Assembly: GCA_963677495.2 (NCBI GenBank)
Contig: CAXXOU010000004.1
Location: 1,216,001 to 1,280,000 of the forward strand
Reading direction: 5' to 3'
DNA: 64,000 nt
Source of the DNA: Candidatus Cloacimonadales bacterium
GTDB lineage: Bacteria > Cloacimonadota > Cloacimonadia > Cloacimonadales > JAFGVF01
Shown: positions 10,557 through 21,490 of the stretch, one piece after another
Position numbering within the stretch: position 1 is the stretch's first letter
Layout: the number at the start of each line of letters is the position of its first letter
Position numbers and translations under genes: made by a program
Notes under the pieces: model-generated
Databases searched by the model: none
What the model saw: the letters and a program-made list of their open reading frames with translations, nothing else
What the model was told of the DNA's origin: nothing

Positions 10557-12449
10557 ATGGACCAGTTGCAGAAGCAAAGGATAATTGATAGTTTAAGGAG
10601 TTTAGGCAGGGATAGAGAGTTTCGCAAGATGGTTTCTCAAACTTTAGAATACTTAAAGAAACCTGAAGTAATAACAGATAGTGATTTTACATTGAAGCTT
10701 TACCGTATTATTGCCGGTGGTTATTTCTATCTTGCAAAGTATCATGAAGCAATGGACTATTATAATAAAATTCATGCACTCTCAATAACTACAGGAACTG
10801 ATTTAGACATTGCATCTGCTTTTATGGGCATAGGTGGTTGTTACTTTCACTTGAATGATATTGCTAAAGCAGAAGAGTATATGCTTAAAGCAAAACCATT
10901 ATACGAAACAGAACCGGATAATCAAAATCTATGCAATATCTATAACTGGCTAGGCTGCATTTATAACGAGCAAAAGAAGTTATACCAGTCTTTAGACATG
11001 AACATTAAAGCATTAAAGCAAGCTGAGAGACTTAATTTCACAGATACTGTAGAGACCTCTAGTATTGGTGTTGCTCTTACTTTTTTCTACATCGGAGATG
11101 TTAAAAAAGCTCTGGAATATATAAGAAAGGCAGAAGAAACTAACAAAGTCACAAATAATCGAGGAGCTTTAGCTGATATATATAATAATTACGGTATCTT
11201 TTATAAAGAGCTTAAGGAGTTTGGAAAAGCTGTAAAGTATTATCGAAAAGCTTTAGAACTCAGGTTATCTTTGTTTCCGGATGACTACATGAGAATTGGA
11301 CACACCTATGCTAATTTGGCAGCTACAGAGATAAGCTATGGTGATTTAGAATCTGCTAAGAAGAATATTGAAATCGCTTTGGAAAACTACAAGCATCTGT
11401 TGAATAGCGAAGAATTGATTCAAAGCTTGATAATCCATAAAGCACTAATTTCATATCATGAGAAAGATATTAATTCTCTAAAAGAGAACCTTGATCAATA
11501 TGAAAGTTATTATGATGAGTTCAATATTCATAGCGATAAAAAAATGTATTTGATGTTAAAAAGCAGCTATTATGAATCAACAGGGAACTTTAAACAAGCT
11601 TTACAGTATCATGTAGATTATTCTGAAGTACAACAATCTGAATCCACAAAGTACCATCAAAAAGTGATAGATGATATGGAGATGAGAATCGATTATGAAA
11701 AGAGCAAAGCTAGGGCCGAAATATATAAATTAAGAAATGATGAATTGGCAGTTGCCTTAGAAACAAGAGATAAGCTTTTTTCGGTTATAGCTCATGATTT
11801 AAGAGGCCCAGTTTCAAACGTAATTGAGATTATGAGGTTTTACAAAGAAAGTCCTGAATTAATGAATCCGGACGAGTTCGATTCAGTCTTTAATGAATTA
11901 TATTGTTCGGCATCCAATGCTTATACTTTGCTTCAGAATCTGCTCTCATGGGCTAGAACACAAATGAAACAACTTACCCCTGTAAAAACTCCACTTAATA
12001 TCCCTAAGTTAGCAGAAGATGTACTAAAGCAAGTTGCTTATCAGATTGAAAAGAAAGAATTAAAGATAGAAAAAAGCATAAACTGTACAAGCCAAGCGTA
12101 TGGCGATAAAAATATGATCGATTTCATTGTGAGAAATCTACTTACAAACGCAATAAAATTCTCAAAACCAAAAGGTATAATTAGCTTTAGTACACATTGT
12201 GATAACGATAGAGTATATGTAAACATTAAAGATGAAGGGGTCGGAATACCAAAAGACAAATTAGTAAATATTTTTAAAGTCATGAGCAACAAATCAACAC
12301 GTGGCACACACAATGAGCAAGGATCCGGTCTTGCATTAGTCTTATGTAAAGACTTTATCGATCTAAATGATGGTAATATAGAGGCTGAAAGTGAAGTTGG
12401 TCAGGGAACTAGCTTCAAGGTAATTCTTCCAACGTATAAGGATTCTTAG
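10557..12449 (+). CDS. TPR-containing sensor histidine kinase
   Basis: TPR repeats, IAHDLRGP H-box, NLLTNAIKF, DEGVG and GSGLAL boxes. Confidence 0.9.
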   Translation: MDQLQKQRIIDSLRSLGRDREFRKMVSQTLEYLKKPEVITDSDFTLKLYRIIAGGYFYLAKYHEAMDYYNKIHALSITTGTDLDIASAFMGIGGCYFHLNDIAKAEEYMLKAKPLYETEPDNQNLCNIYNWLGCIYNEQKKLYQSLDMNIKALKQAERLNFTDTVETSSIGVALTFFYIGDVKKALEYIRKAEETNKVTNNRGALADIYNNYGIFYKELKEFGKAVKYYRKALELRLSLFPDDYMRIGHTYANLAATEISYGDLESAKKNIEIALENYKHLLNSEELIQSLIIHKALISYHEKDINSLKENLDQYESYYDEFNIHSDKKMYLMLKSSYYESTGNFKQALQYHVDYSEVQQSESTKYHQKVIDDMEMRIDYEKSKARAEIYKLRNDELAVALETRDKLFSVIAHDLRGPVSNVIEIMRFYKESPELMNPDEFDSVFNELYCSASNAYTLLQNLLSWARTQMKQLTPVKTPLNIPKLAEDVLKQVAYQIEKKELKIEKSINCTSQAYGDKNMIDFIVRNLLTNAIKFSKPKGIISFSTHCDNDRVYVNIKDEGVGIPKDKLVNIFKVMSNKSTRGTHNEQGSGLALVLCKDFIDLNDGNIEAESEVGQGTSFKVILPTYKDS

Positions 12450-12521
12450 CTATTTCTTTTATTTACTTGCCAATTGTGTTTACCTGTAAAAGATTGAAAA
12501 CAAAAAATTAGGAAACAATAT

Positions 12522-12974
12522 ATGGGACTTAGACGTTTAGCTAGAGAGTTGGCATTAAAAGCTCTTTATTCTTATGAATTTCAAGATGAAAGTGTAGAGA
12601 CTGATTATTATAGACTATACAATGAATTGAACACTCATTTAGTCAATATTGCACAAACAGAACACGATCATGATAAACATCACACTTCAGAGAAATCTAT
12701 TGAGTTTGCAGCTCAAATCTTAAAAGCTCTTATTTTCAATATGGCTGATGTTGATGAAGTTATAAACAATCAAAGTGACAACTGGTCAATTGAACGACTT
12801 GCAGTTATTGATAGAGAGATTCTTAGAGTTGCAGTAAGTGAGATGAAATATTTGGATACACCACATCCAATAATCATCAACGAAGCGATTGAGATTGCTA
12901 AAAAATATAGTACAGAGAATTCAGGTAAGTTTGTTAATGGTATTCTTGATGCAATTAGTGGAGAACTAAAATAG
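12522..12974 (+). CDS. nusB: Transcription antitermination factor NusB
   Basis: RRLARE, W.IERLAVIDR, INEAIEIAKKY, FVNGILD. Confidence 0.95.
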   Translation: MGLRRLARELALKALYSYEFQDESVETDYYRLYNELNTHLVNIAQTEHDHDKHHTSEKSIEFAAQILKALIFNMADVDEVINNQSDNWSIERLAVIDREILRVAVSEMKYLDTPHPIIINEAIEIAKKYSTENSGKFVNGILDAISGELK

Positions 12975-12976
12975 TA

Positions 12977-13870
12977 ATGACTCCCCTATTCTGTAGCGTA
13001 GGTGTTTTTGCCTATAATGAAGAGAAGAATATTGCTAAACTCTTAGATGCTTTGCTCAATCAGAAGCTCCAAAAAGTAGAAATCACAGAGATAATTGTGG
13101 TATCCAGTGCATGTACTGATTCTACTGATGATATTGTTAAAAGCTATTGTAAGTCATACCCCACAGTTAAGTTGATTCAAGAGAAACAACGGAACGGCAA
13201 ATCAGCATCCATAAACAGATTTATTAAAGAATCCTGTAATGAGTTTTTAGTAATAGAAAGTGCCGACACAATACCTGCACCTAATACAATAGAGCTACTT
13301 GTCTCAGCTTTTCTTGATCCCAAAGTAGGTATGACAGGTGGAAGACCAAAACCTGAGAACAGTAAGTGTACATTTATAGGATACGCCGTTAATTTGCTTT
13401 GGTCACTGCATCACAAAATGGCTTTGATCAGTCCTAAATTGGGTGAAATGATAGCTTTTCGAAAAGTGTTTAAGTCAATTCCTGCGGAAAGTGCGGTTGA
13501 CGAAGCTAGTATTGAAGCTCAAATTAGAGAACAAGATTTAGAAATCAAATATATTCCTAATGCAACAATTCACAACAAAGGACCTGAGGTTCTTTCTGAT
13601 TTCGTCCTCCAAAGACGTCGTATAGAAGCAGGACACATTTGGCTCAAAGATAATCAGTCTTATAAAGTATCATCTCAAAGTAGTACAATCCTTGCAAAAC
13701 TAGCCCTTTCTGAACTAATAAACCATCCGGGAGATATACATAGGTTCACCGGAGTGGTTTTACTTGAAATTTACTGCCGAATACTAGGCAGATATGATTA
13801 TTACATAAAAAGGAAAAATCCTTTCATATGGGATATAGCCGATTCTACAAAGGATTTAAAACATAAATAA
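12977..13870 (+). CDS. Glycosyltransferase family 2
   Basis: AYNEE, SAD, QRRR motifs. Confidence 0.85.
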   Translation: MTPLFCSVGVFAYNEEKNIAKLLDALLNQKLQKVEITEIIVVSSACTDSTDDIVKSYCKSYPTVKLIQEKQRNGKSASINRFIKESCNEFLVIESADTIPAPNTIELLVSAFLDPKVGMTGGRPKPENSKCTFIGYAVNLLWSLHHKMALISPKLGEMIAFRKVFKSIPAESAVDEASIEAQIREQDLEIKYIPNATIHNKGPEVLSDFVLQRRRIEAGHIWLKDNQSYKVSSQSSTILAKLALSELINHPGDIHRFTGVVLLEIYCRILGRYDYYIKRKNPFIWDIADSTKDLKHK

Positions 13871-13871
13871 T

Positions 13872-14954
13872 ATGATTTTACTATATTTAAGAACTTTACT
13901 TTACAAACTATTTTATAGATTTGGTTTTCCAAGATTACTTCCCATGAATTACACGATCAGCCTTCTTTACAGTTGTAATTCTAGATGCTCTACTTGTAAC
14001 ATATGGAAGAAGTCAGCAAACAACATGACAGCATCAGAGTATGGACGTTTATTCAAATCTGTTGGTAAATCACCATATTGGATTACATTCAGCGGTGGAG
14101 AACCATTCTTGCGTCGTGATATTGTTAAAGTAGTTACAACTATTTATCATGCCTCCAAACCTAAGATAATGAATTTTCCAAGCAATGGTATATTAACAAA
14201 AAAGATTGTTAATGACATCAAGAACATCTGTAGAGCCTGTCCAAAATCCCAGATTATAGTTAATTTATCAATTGATGGGATTGAGGAGGAGCATGATAGA
14301 ATTCGTAATGTTGAAGGTAATTATAAGAACGTAATCAAAACCTATAAACGACTAAAAGCACTCAATTACAAGAATCTTCAAATTGGTATACATACTGTCA
14401 TTTCCAGGTTCAATGTACATAACTTTGCTGCTATTGCCAGCCATATGATTGATCTTAAACCTGATTCATATATCACTGAGATTGCAGAAGAACGGCATGA
14501 ACTTGATACTATGAATAGTAATATCACTCCTACATTATTGCAATATAAATCTGCTATTGATTTCTTAATCCACAGAATCAAGAATGGAGAATACAAAGGC
14601 ATGAGTAAAATAACTCAAGCCTTTAGGATTGAATACTATACTTTAGTAAAAGAGATTCTCAGAGATAAAAAGCAAGTAATTCCATGTTATTCAGGTGTTA
14701 GTTCAGTTCAGATTTCTCCAGAAGGTGACGTTTGGTCTTGCTGTATCAAAGCTGAATCTATGGGTAACTTAAGAGAGAATGATTACAAGCTTAAACGCAT
14801 TTGGTTTAATCAGAATTTTAAAAAGGAAAGACAATCAATCAAAAATTTGGAATGCTGGTGCCCACTTGCAAATGCCTCATATACTAACATGCTTATGAAC
14901 TTCGATACACTTGTAAGGGTTTTTTATAGAGCATTTATTAAATGGTATAGTTAG
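13872..14954 (+). CDS. Radical SAM / SPASM-Twitch domain protein
   Basis: CNSRCSTC, SGGEP, C-terminal CYSG...WSCC...CWC. Confidence 0.88.
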   Translation: MILLYLRTLLYKLFYRFGFPRLLPMNYTISLLYSCNSRCSTCNIWKKSANNMTASEYGRLFKSVGKSPYWITFSGGEPFLRRDIVKVVTTIYHASKPKIMNFPSNGILTKKIVNDIKNICRACPKSQIIVNLSIDGIEEEHDRIRNVEGNYKNVIKTYKRLKALNYKNLQIGIHTVISRFNVHNFAAIASHMIDLKPDSYITEIAEERHELDTMNSNITPTLLQYKSAIDFLIHRIKNGEYKGMSKITQAFRIEYYTLVKEILRDKKQVIPCYSGVSSVQISPEGDVWSCCIKAESMGNLRENDYKLKRIWFNQNFKKERQSIKNLECWCPLANASYTNMLMNFDTLVRVFYRAFIKWYS

Positions 14955-14962
14955 GAGGCTGT

Positions 14963-16387
14963 TTGACACAAGTTGAATTCATAAAGTCTACCAACGATAG
15001 TAATTTAGGATTTACTGATTATTTTCCAAACTCAGAGAATAGTTTCTTCTTACTTACCTATAATCTTAAAGACTCACCGTTTTTAAAATCTGTCAATGCA
15101 TTCATACTCGAAGAGGTATTGAAACTAAAGCCAAATAGTATTCCGGAATTGGAAATAAAATCAACCTTTGTTGAATTCTTCAATGATTTAAACTGGAAAG
15201 TGAATGCTATGTTCAACAAAGCTGGTGAAGAGCATAAAGGGCTTTCGCTTTTCTTTGCTGTTAAGCGGTCTAACAGACTTTACTTCGTACAATTTGGTAG
15301 ATTAGCATGTGGTTTACTTCGAGGGGATGAATTTAAGGAGATTGGACTTAGTTGGTCGATTTATCCGATTGCAACTGTTGAATCTCTAAAACAACTTGGT
15401 TCACAACAGGATGATATTCCTGTTAATGTATATGAGATTTCAATTGTTACTTCGAGTACTTTCTTTACTTTCCCATCTAAACTAATTCCAATGATTCAGG
15501 AAAGTGTTAAAAATGGACCTAATGAGATTCTAACTACTCTCATTGCTGCTGAAGAAGACGTTAAACACTTTTTCTTCTTCTCAAAGTTACCCGAAAGATT
15601 CATTAAACCTTTAAAGTTCTTCCAAGGTCATTCTTTTAGAACTAGTGCAATTGCCTTTGGCATTATAATCCTGATAACGATACTGTATTATTTCTTCGGG
15701 GATAATATAGTTGAGCAGATAGGCTTCAAGACGGAAGAAACCTTAACTAGCCACAACATTCTTTTCGAGTTAAAGAACCTTACTGACTCAATCAACAATC
15801 CGGAGCTTGAAAAGCAACTTGCTAAATATGTTTATTCACCTGCAAAAGATGTAAGTCTTAAGCTAATCTGGCAAGGTCAATTTACGCATGATATAACTCA
15901 TTCTCCCCTATTTGATTTAAACAATATTTACCTGATTATAGGTAATAATATAGCCGCAGTCTCCAAACGTGATAAAGAAGTAGTGTGGCAGAAAAGCTTG
16001 AATTCAGTCATTAAGCATGCTGAATCTGTTGAGAATAACCTTCTTATTCACGGTTCAAACAAAGATGTTATGCTATTGAACTCTAAAGGTGAAATCATTT
16101 GGCAAAATTCACTTGGATCTCAACTCTCTGAACCAATTCAATATGGACACTCATCTGTCACCATAACTAGGAAAGAGGATAAAAGATTAAATAGCGGACT
16201 CATGGTTTCAAGTCAAAGTGACCGGATCAACATCTTCAGTTTAATCACAGGAGATATTATACATACAATAAGTTTTAACGATACTCAGGTTAAGTATATA
16301 AGTGATTATGATTCCATAAACAACTGTTTTTACGCAGTTGTCGGGCAAAACATGGTAATCCTTAAACTTCAGATAAAAGGTTGGTAA
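14963..16387 (+). CDS. Membrane-anchored protein with C-terminal PQQ-like beta-propeller
   Basis: Central TM helix; W-containing propeller-like blades (VVWQ, GEIIWQ); AGGAGG before TTG start. Confidence 0.5.
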   Translation: MTQVEFIKSTNDSNLGFTDYFPNSENSFFLLTYNLKDSPFLKSVNAFILEEVLKLKPNSIPELEIKSTFVEFFNDLNWKVNAMFNKAGEEHKGLSLFFAVKRSNRLYFVQFGRLACGLLRGDEFKEIGLSWSIYPIATVESLKQLGSQQDDIPVNVYEISIVTSSTFFTFPSKLIPMIQESVKNGPNEILTTLIAAEEDVKHFFFFSKLPERFIKPLKFFQGHSFRTSAIAFGIIILITILYYFFGDNIVEQIGFKTEETLTSHNILFELKNLTDSINNPELEKQLAKYVYSPAKDVSLKLIWQGQFTHDITHSPLFDLNNIYLIIGNNIAAVSKRDKEVVWQKSLNSVIKHAESVENNLLIHGSNKDVMLLNSKGEIIWQNSLGSQLSEPIQYGHSSVTITRKEDKRLNSGLMVSSQSDRINIFSLITGDIIHTISFNDTQVKYISDYDSINNCFYAVVGQNMVILKLQIKGW

Positions 16388-16388
16388 A

Positions 16389-17549
16389 ATGGCTGTTTTT
16401 AGAATGAAGAATACAATCCAAGACTATGACTGGGGTACTACATACTTCATTCCGGAACTTGTTAAATATGACAACCGGAATTCGAAACCTTGTGCAGAGC
16501 TCTGGATGGGTGCTCATCCAAAAGCACCTTCACAGATCTCAGTTAATGACAATGAACTAGCGTTAAACAGTTTTATTGATTCCTCTCCAGAACTGATATT
16601 AGGTTCGCATGCTGTTTCGGTTTATGATAAGAAATTACCATTCTTGTTTAAAGTCCTTAGTGCTTCAAAGGCCCTTTCTATTCAAGCTCATCCAAACAAG
16701 TTACAAGCAATGACTGGATTCAATAGAGAGAATGAGTTAGGTATAGAGCTAACTGACCGAAATAGGAATTATAAAGATAACAACCACAAACCTGAGTTAA
16801 TGCTCGCTCTTACTCCCTTCACTGCAATGTGTGGATTTAGGGCAATTGCTGAGATAGAGTTCTTGTTTGAGTTATTAGAGATCTCAGAATTATTCCCCGG
16901 TATCAAGAAAGGTTATAGAGAATTCTTCTCCGATTACCTCCGCTTAGATGATTCGTTTATAAATGAAATGCTACTAGATAGAATCAAAGCAAAGCTTTCA
17001 TCTAGTATTCAGGCTAATAAGATTCTAACATGGTGCCTTAAACTTCATGAACAATTTGGCAATCATATAGGTATCTTAGCTCCCTTGTTTTTGAATATCA
17101 TCAAGCTTAATCCCGGCGAAGCAATTTATCTGGAAGCAGGGATTCTTCATGCGTATCTGGAAGGGTCAGGTTTGGAGATTATGGCAAATTCAGATAATGT
17201 TCTTCGTGCAGGATTGACATCCAAGCATATCGATAAAGAGGAGATATTTAATGTTCTCAGGTTCGAGCACACTCCAATAGCTTTAGTCGATCCATGTTTA
17301 TCTGAGAATGGTGAGATAGTATATCAGACCGGTGCTAATGAGTTCGAGATATCCAAATTAGAGATAAATAATAAGACAGTTACTGCAAGTTGTTCCAGTG
17401 CTGAGATATTGTTATGTACTTCGGGCAAATGCAGTGTGAATGGGGTAGAACTAATCCAAGGTCAAACAGTTTTTGTAACTGCTGAAGAATCAGAAATCAA
17501 TATCACAGGGGAAGGTACTATTTTTAGAGCTAAGACTCCTTTAATCTAG
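16389..17549 (+). CDS. manA: Mannose-6-phosphate isomerase, class I
   Basis: YDWG, ELWMGAHP, LSIQAHP, NHKPE, HAY, MANSDNVLRAGLT. Confidence 0.95.
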   Translation: MAVFRMKNTIQDYDWGTTYFIPELVKYDNRNSKPCAELWMGAHPKAPSQISVNDNELALNSFIDSSPELILGSHAVSVYDKKLPFLFKVLSASKALSIQAHPNKLQAMTGFNRENELGIELTDRNRNYKDNNHKPELMLALTPFTAMCGFRAIAEIEFLFELLEISELFPGIKKGYREFFSDYLRLDDSFINEMLLDRIKAKLSSSIQANKILTWCLKLHEQFGNHIGILAPLFLNIIKLNPGEAIYLEAGILHAYLEGSGLEIMANSDNVLRAGLTSKHIDKEEIFNVLRFEHTPIALVDPCLSENGEIVYQTGANEFEISKLEINNKTVTASCSSAEILLCTSGKCSVNGVELIQGQTVFVTAEESEINITGEGTIFRAKTPLI

Positions 17550-18476
17550 CTAAAAGAACTTCCTCTTAATAAATATAAACACAACTATAAGCGATAGTCC
17601 AATTGAGATAAGAGTCAAAAACGTAAAGGCATGTGGTGATCCTGCTATCGGAAGCTTTATGTTCATGCCATAGAAACTGGCAATCAAAGTTGGAAGCATC
17701 AAAACTATTGTGATTGAAGTTAAGAACTTCATTACAACATTCAAGTTGTTAGATATCATCGAAGAGAACGCATTCATGGAATTACTCACAATCTTCGCAT
17801 ATATACTCGCCATCGCTATTGCCTGTTTATTTTCTACAATCACGTCATCAAGTAAATCATCAGCTTCTGAATCTTCAAGTAACCACCTTGATCTTGAAAA
17901 CTTCTCATGCATTATCTCATTTGAGCGTAATGATGTATTAAAATAAACAAGACATTTCTCAACAAACATGAGCTTAGTTAGATCTTCATTCTTCAGTGTT
18001 TGATGTAGTTTCCTCTCAAGCTCATTCATATCTTTATTTATCTCTTTCAGATAGTTCAAAAACTTTACTGAGTTTCTTAACATTATCTGGAGCACAAACT
18101 TCTGAGGGGTTATATCAAATGGCCTATGGGTTCCTTTAGTAAAACGCCCCAATATTGATGGTTCCTCTTTGCATATGGTCATAACTCTGTTGTGAGTTAT
18201 CACAATACCCATGGGAATTGTTTTAAATGGTGAGACATCATCATCTGTTCGAACCGGAATTCTAAGGATAATGAGAATGTTGCCATCTTCATATTCCACA
18301 CGAGAATTCTCATCTGCATCTAAAGGGTCGGTAATGAAGTCTAAAGGCACTTCATGCTCCTTCTCCATAAAGATAATCTCATAATTTGATGGATTCGTCA
18401 CATGTACCCAAAAGCAATCATCCAATTTATTCTGTTCAACTAAACTACGATCTTCTATCCCGAAATATCTGACCAT
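17550..18476 (-). CDS. corA: CorA family Mg2+ transporter
   Basis: YGMN signature between two C-terminal TMs. Confidence 0.9.
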   Translation of the reverse strand: MVRYFGIEDRSLVEQNKLDDCFWVHVTNPSNYEIIFMEKEHEVPLDFITDPLDADENSRVEYEDGNILIILRIPVRTDDDVSPFKTIPMGIVITHNRVMTICKEEPSILGRFTKGTHRPFDITPQKFVLQIMLRNSVKFLNYLKEINKDMNELERKLHQTLKNEDLTKLMFVEKCLVYFNTSLRSNEIMHEKFSRSRWLLEDSEADDLLDDVIVENKQAIAMASIYAKIVSNSMNAFSSMISNNLNVVMKFLTSITIVLMLPTLIASFYGMNIKLPIAGSPHAFTFLTLISIGLSLIVVFIFIKRKFF

Positions 18477-18633
18477 ATTAACTTCCCTGCACTGTTTTTT
18501 TGCAATTAAATAGCTTGAAACATTCTAGTCAATTATAAATAGCTCGAATAAAGTATCTTGTTTCTCTCTTTCATAAACTTCAAGTTAAATAAAATCAGAC
18601 AGAATCTACTGAAAACTTCTATAAATAATAAAT

Positions 18634-19785
18634 TTATCCTCCTGCTTTCTCAAACTTATGGCAACCGGTTTGCCTTAATTTATTAATGACAGGCTTTAAC
18701 TCATCTTCAAGTGCATTTCCTCTTTTACCCTGACAAAACGGACAGGCATGTATATCAGCTTTTGAGTCAACATAGAGATACCTGATACCACCTCCGAAGC
18801 ATCCGACATGCCTTTGGTGGTAACCTGTATATTCTAACATTGGCATCTCATCATGAGCAGGATTATTAACATAATCCAGATAGATCTCGTACAATGTAGC
18901 GATCTCTTCATCAGAAAGCTCGATATCCATTCCGGCATAATGTCCTGTCTTCCTTGGTTCCAAGATTCTCACGATAGAGACACCATGTTCCTTAGCTAAC
19001 TCCATATATCTTTCCAGGTTTGTTTTACTAACGAATTCCCGAACAGCGCATAAAGATAAAGCTACTACAAGTCCGGCTTCTCGAGCATTATCAATTGCTT
19101 TAAGAACCCAGTCATAAGCACTATCATGTTGTCTGAACTTGTTATGCTCATCTTTCTTCCAATGGTCAAGGCTTACTACAACGCCAGTTAAACCAGCCTT
19201 CTTAAGTCTATCAGCTTTCTCTTCATTGAGACCAAACCCGGAGGTAAGTATCCACATATCAGTTGTAGCCTTGGAGTTCTTTACCAGTTTAATCAGGTCA
19301 TCAAATCTTGCTAGTGGTTCTCCCCCACTCAGCTGGATATTAGTGATTCCATAATCTTCAAACTTACTCTGAATAGTTTGTATCTGTTCAAAGCTAAGTG
19401 TTTCTTCAGCTGACAGATTATTCCATTCATAGCAATGCTCACAATGCAACGGGCACCTACTGGTTATAGAAAATATTATTGTTTGCAGTTGATGAAAACC
19501 AGGTACAGAGATACGCTTCATTTCATTGGTAATAAAGAGATCGAATGCAGGTGAAGGCCATCCGGGAGCAGCAATGTTCCAATAATATTTATCATCCACC
19601 TTATACATCTTCGGCTTATCAGAATAACCCTGAATTCTTTTTCTTTTATCGACAAGCATCTTCAATGCTTTCATAGCTTTGATTGGATTACCGTACAGCT
19701 TCAAAGCTAATTTAAAAATATCTCTTCGAAGTCCTTTACGGACTCGCTTTAGCTCCTTACCAGTTACTTGATATGACTTACTCAT
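18634..19785 (-). CDS. Radical SAM protein with C-terminal Cys cluster
   Basis: CPLHCEHC, SGGEP, CFGG...CPFC...GC. Confidence 0.88.
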   Translation of the reverse strand: MSKSYQVTGKELKRVRKGLRRDIFKLALKLYGNPIKAMKALKMLVDKRKRIQGYSDKPKMYKVDDKYYWNIAAPGWPSPAFDLFITNEMKRISVPGFHQLQTIIFSITSRCPLHCEHCYEWNNLSAEETLSFEQIQTIQSKFEDYGITNIQLSGGEPLARFDDLIKLVKNSKATTDMWILTSGFGLNEEKADRLKKAGLTGVVVSLDHWKKDEHNKFRQHDSAYDWVLKAIDNAREAGLVVALSLCAVREFVSKTNLERYMELAKEHGVSIVRILEPRKTGHYAGMDIELSDEEIATLYEIYLDYVNNPAHDEMPMLEYTGYHQRHVGCFGGGIRYLYVDSKADIHACPFCQGKRGNALEDELKPVINKLRQTGCHKFEKAGG

Positions 19786-21352
19786 TATTAAAGCTTTCCC
19801 TCATCTCAAGCAAGTTCTCATATGAGAACCTACTTAGTCGACCCGGTTTCTTAAAACCGTTGAGCTTGGTTATTTTTGCTGGTCCATCAGGTTCTCTTAT
19901 AACTTCATAATGACCTTTACTGTGCATTATGATAGATCTAGCCAGACTTTCATCCTGTTCAGGAACAGGGAACTGCATTATTGCTCTGTTTCCAATCTCA
20001 GGCATCACAAAGTAATCGTTATCATCGTTTAAAAGCAAATCTCTAACATCATTATTATCATGATCAATAGCTGATTCTAATGAAACGATTTGAGGTTTTA
20101 CCTCTACGTTTTCAGTGTAATCAATTCCAACATAATCTGTTTCCCAGAACATAAAGCCGGATTCTAGTTTCACTTCAATTTCATCACCTTCTACTTTTGA
20201 GATATCTATTGGTAAAACCATCTCTTTGTCGGCCATCGGACCAACAACATGGTAATAGTCTGCAAACTCCCATTTACCATCTTGTTTCACATATATTGAT
20301 AAAGGTATATCCTGTTCAAGTGACCAATTAGGATTGTCAGATTTGCCGGACTCTTTCTGCTTATCGAACCATTTATGATATCTTTCACCAAACAAGCTAA
20401 AGAATCTACCCATTGTGTAATCAAGCCAGAATGAGTTTTTACCCTTATATACAAGCTTTGCAGTATTAGCATCTTGAGGTTTCTTAAAAGTAAGCACCAT
20501 ACTATCTTTAGCATTCTCTTCCATAACCTGATTCTCTTCACCACTGTAGTAGAGAGAATCTTTGTCTGTAATTATAGGTAGAATATCATTTCCCTGAGCT
20601 GTTAAAGCAGCTATAGGTTTCTGTAACTCTCCAAAGGTTTGATAATCACCATACTTATCAATTAATACACTTCGATTCTCAGGGTGGTCAACAACAACCA
20701 GTTCAGTAAGATTAGTTGATTGAATCTCTCGCATCTGATTATCCATCTTAAGCTGATATTTGCCATCAACAGGATGCAAATCAGGTAATGGCAGGTAATC
20801 ATGTCGCTCCAAATGCGGCAATATTGCACCGGAATAGATCTCACCAGTTAGCGTATATTTTTCACCGTCAAATGTGTAAACGAATGGACATGACTCTTTC
20901 GTCGCAAGGACAATTGCAATAATTATAACAGAAATAGCAGCTACGGATAACCCTGTTAACAGTACTGTTTTGATTAGTGTCAAAGCAGGATCAACTTCAT
21001 ATACCTGTATCTTTCGAATATCTTTGAGAGGAATCGATACCTTACCCATACTATCAGGTGGAGCAACATTTTCTTTCATATGAAAGTTAATCATGAATTT
21101 ATCTTTCTTGATTTTTGGCTTAATGTAATACTCCTTCATACTACCTGTAACAACTTTCTTCTTAAGTTTAGCCTTGGTAATATAGTATTTATTCTTCTCC
21201 TCCCCTTCATAGATAACGCGAATGTTCCTTTGATATAATCTGGGAATCTCATTCTTTTGAATTTTGTAAGGACTGTATACAACACATGAGCTGAACTGTA
21301 ATGCTATTAGAATGACAATAATAAGTTTGAAAACTCTCTTAGATAATCTCAT
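19778..21352 (-). CDS. Putative lipoprotein of unknown function
   Basis: Likely start ATG 21352 (MRLSKR); lipobox FSSC; internal TM followed by SCPFVYTFDG; overlaps the radical SAM start. Confidence 0.65.
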   Translation of the reverse strand: MRLSKRVFKLIIVILIALQFSSCVVYSPYKIQKNEIPRLYQRNIRVIYEGEEKNKYYITKAKLKKKVVTGSMKEYYIKPKIKKDKFMINFHMKENVAPPDSMGKVSIPLKDIRKIQVYEVDPALTLIKTVLLTGLSVAAISVIIIAIVLATKESCPFVYTFDGEKYTLTGEIYSGAILPHLERHDYLPLPDLHPVDGKYQLKMDNQMREIQSTNLTELVVVDHPENRSVLIDKYGDYQTFGELQKPIAALTAQGNDILPIITDKDSLYYSGEENQVMEENAKDSMVLTFKKPQDANTAKLVYKGKNSFWLDYTMGRFFSLFGERYHKWFDKQKESGKSDNPNWSLEQDIPLSIYVKQDGKWEFADYYHVVGPMADKEMVLPIDISKVEGDEIEVKLESGFMFWETDYVGIDYTENVEVKPQIVSLESAIDHDNNDVRDLLLNDDNDYFVMPEIGNRAIMQFPVPEQDESLARSIIMHSKGHYEVIREPDGPAKITKLNGFKKPGRLSRFSYENLLEMRESFNNE

Positions 21353-21490
21353 AATATCCCCCATTAATAAAAACTATTTCAAGTAGTAGATATTTCTACA
21401 CACAATAAAAAATATGTCAATATCTTTTAACTATTAGCTGACACTAGTTCAATTCTGAATGCGTTTATTGACAGGTATGGATTTATTGAC

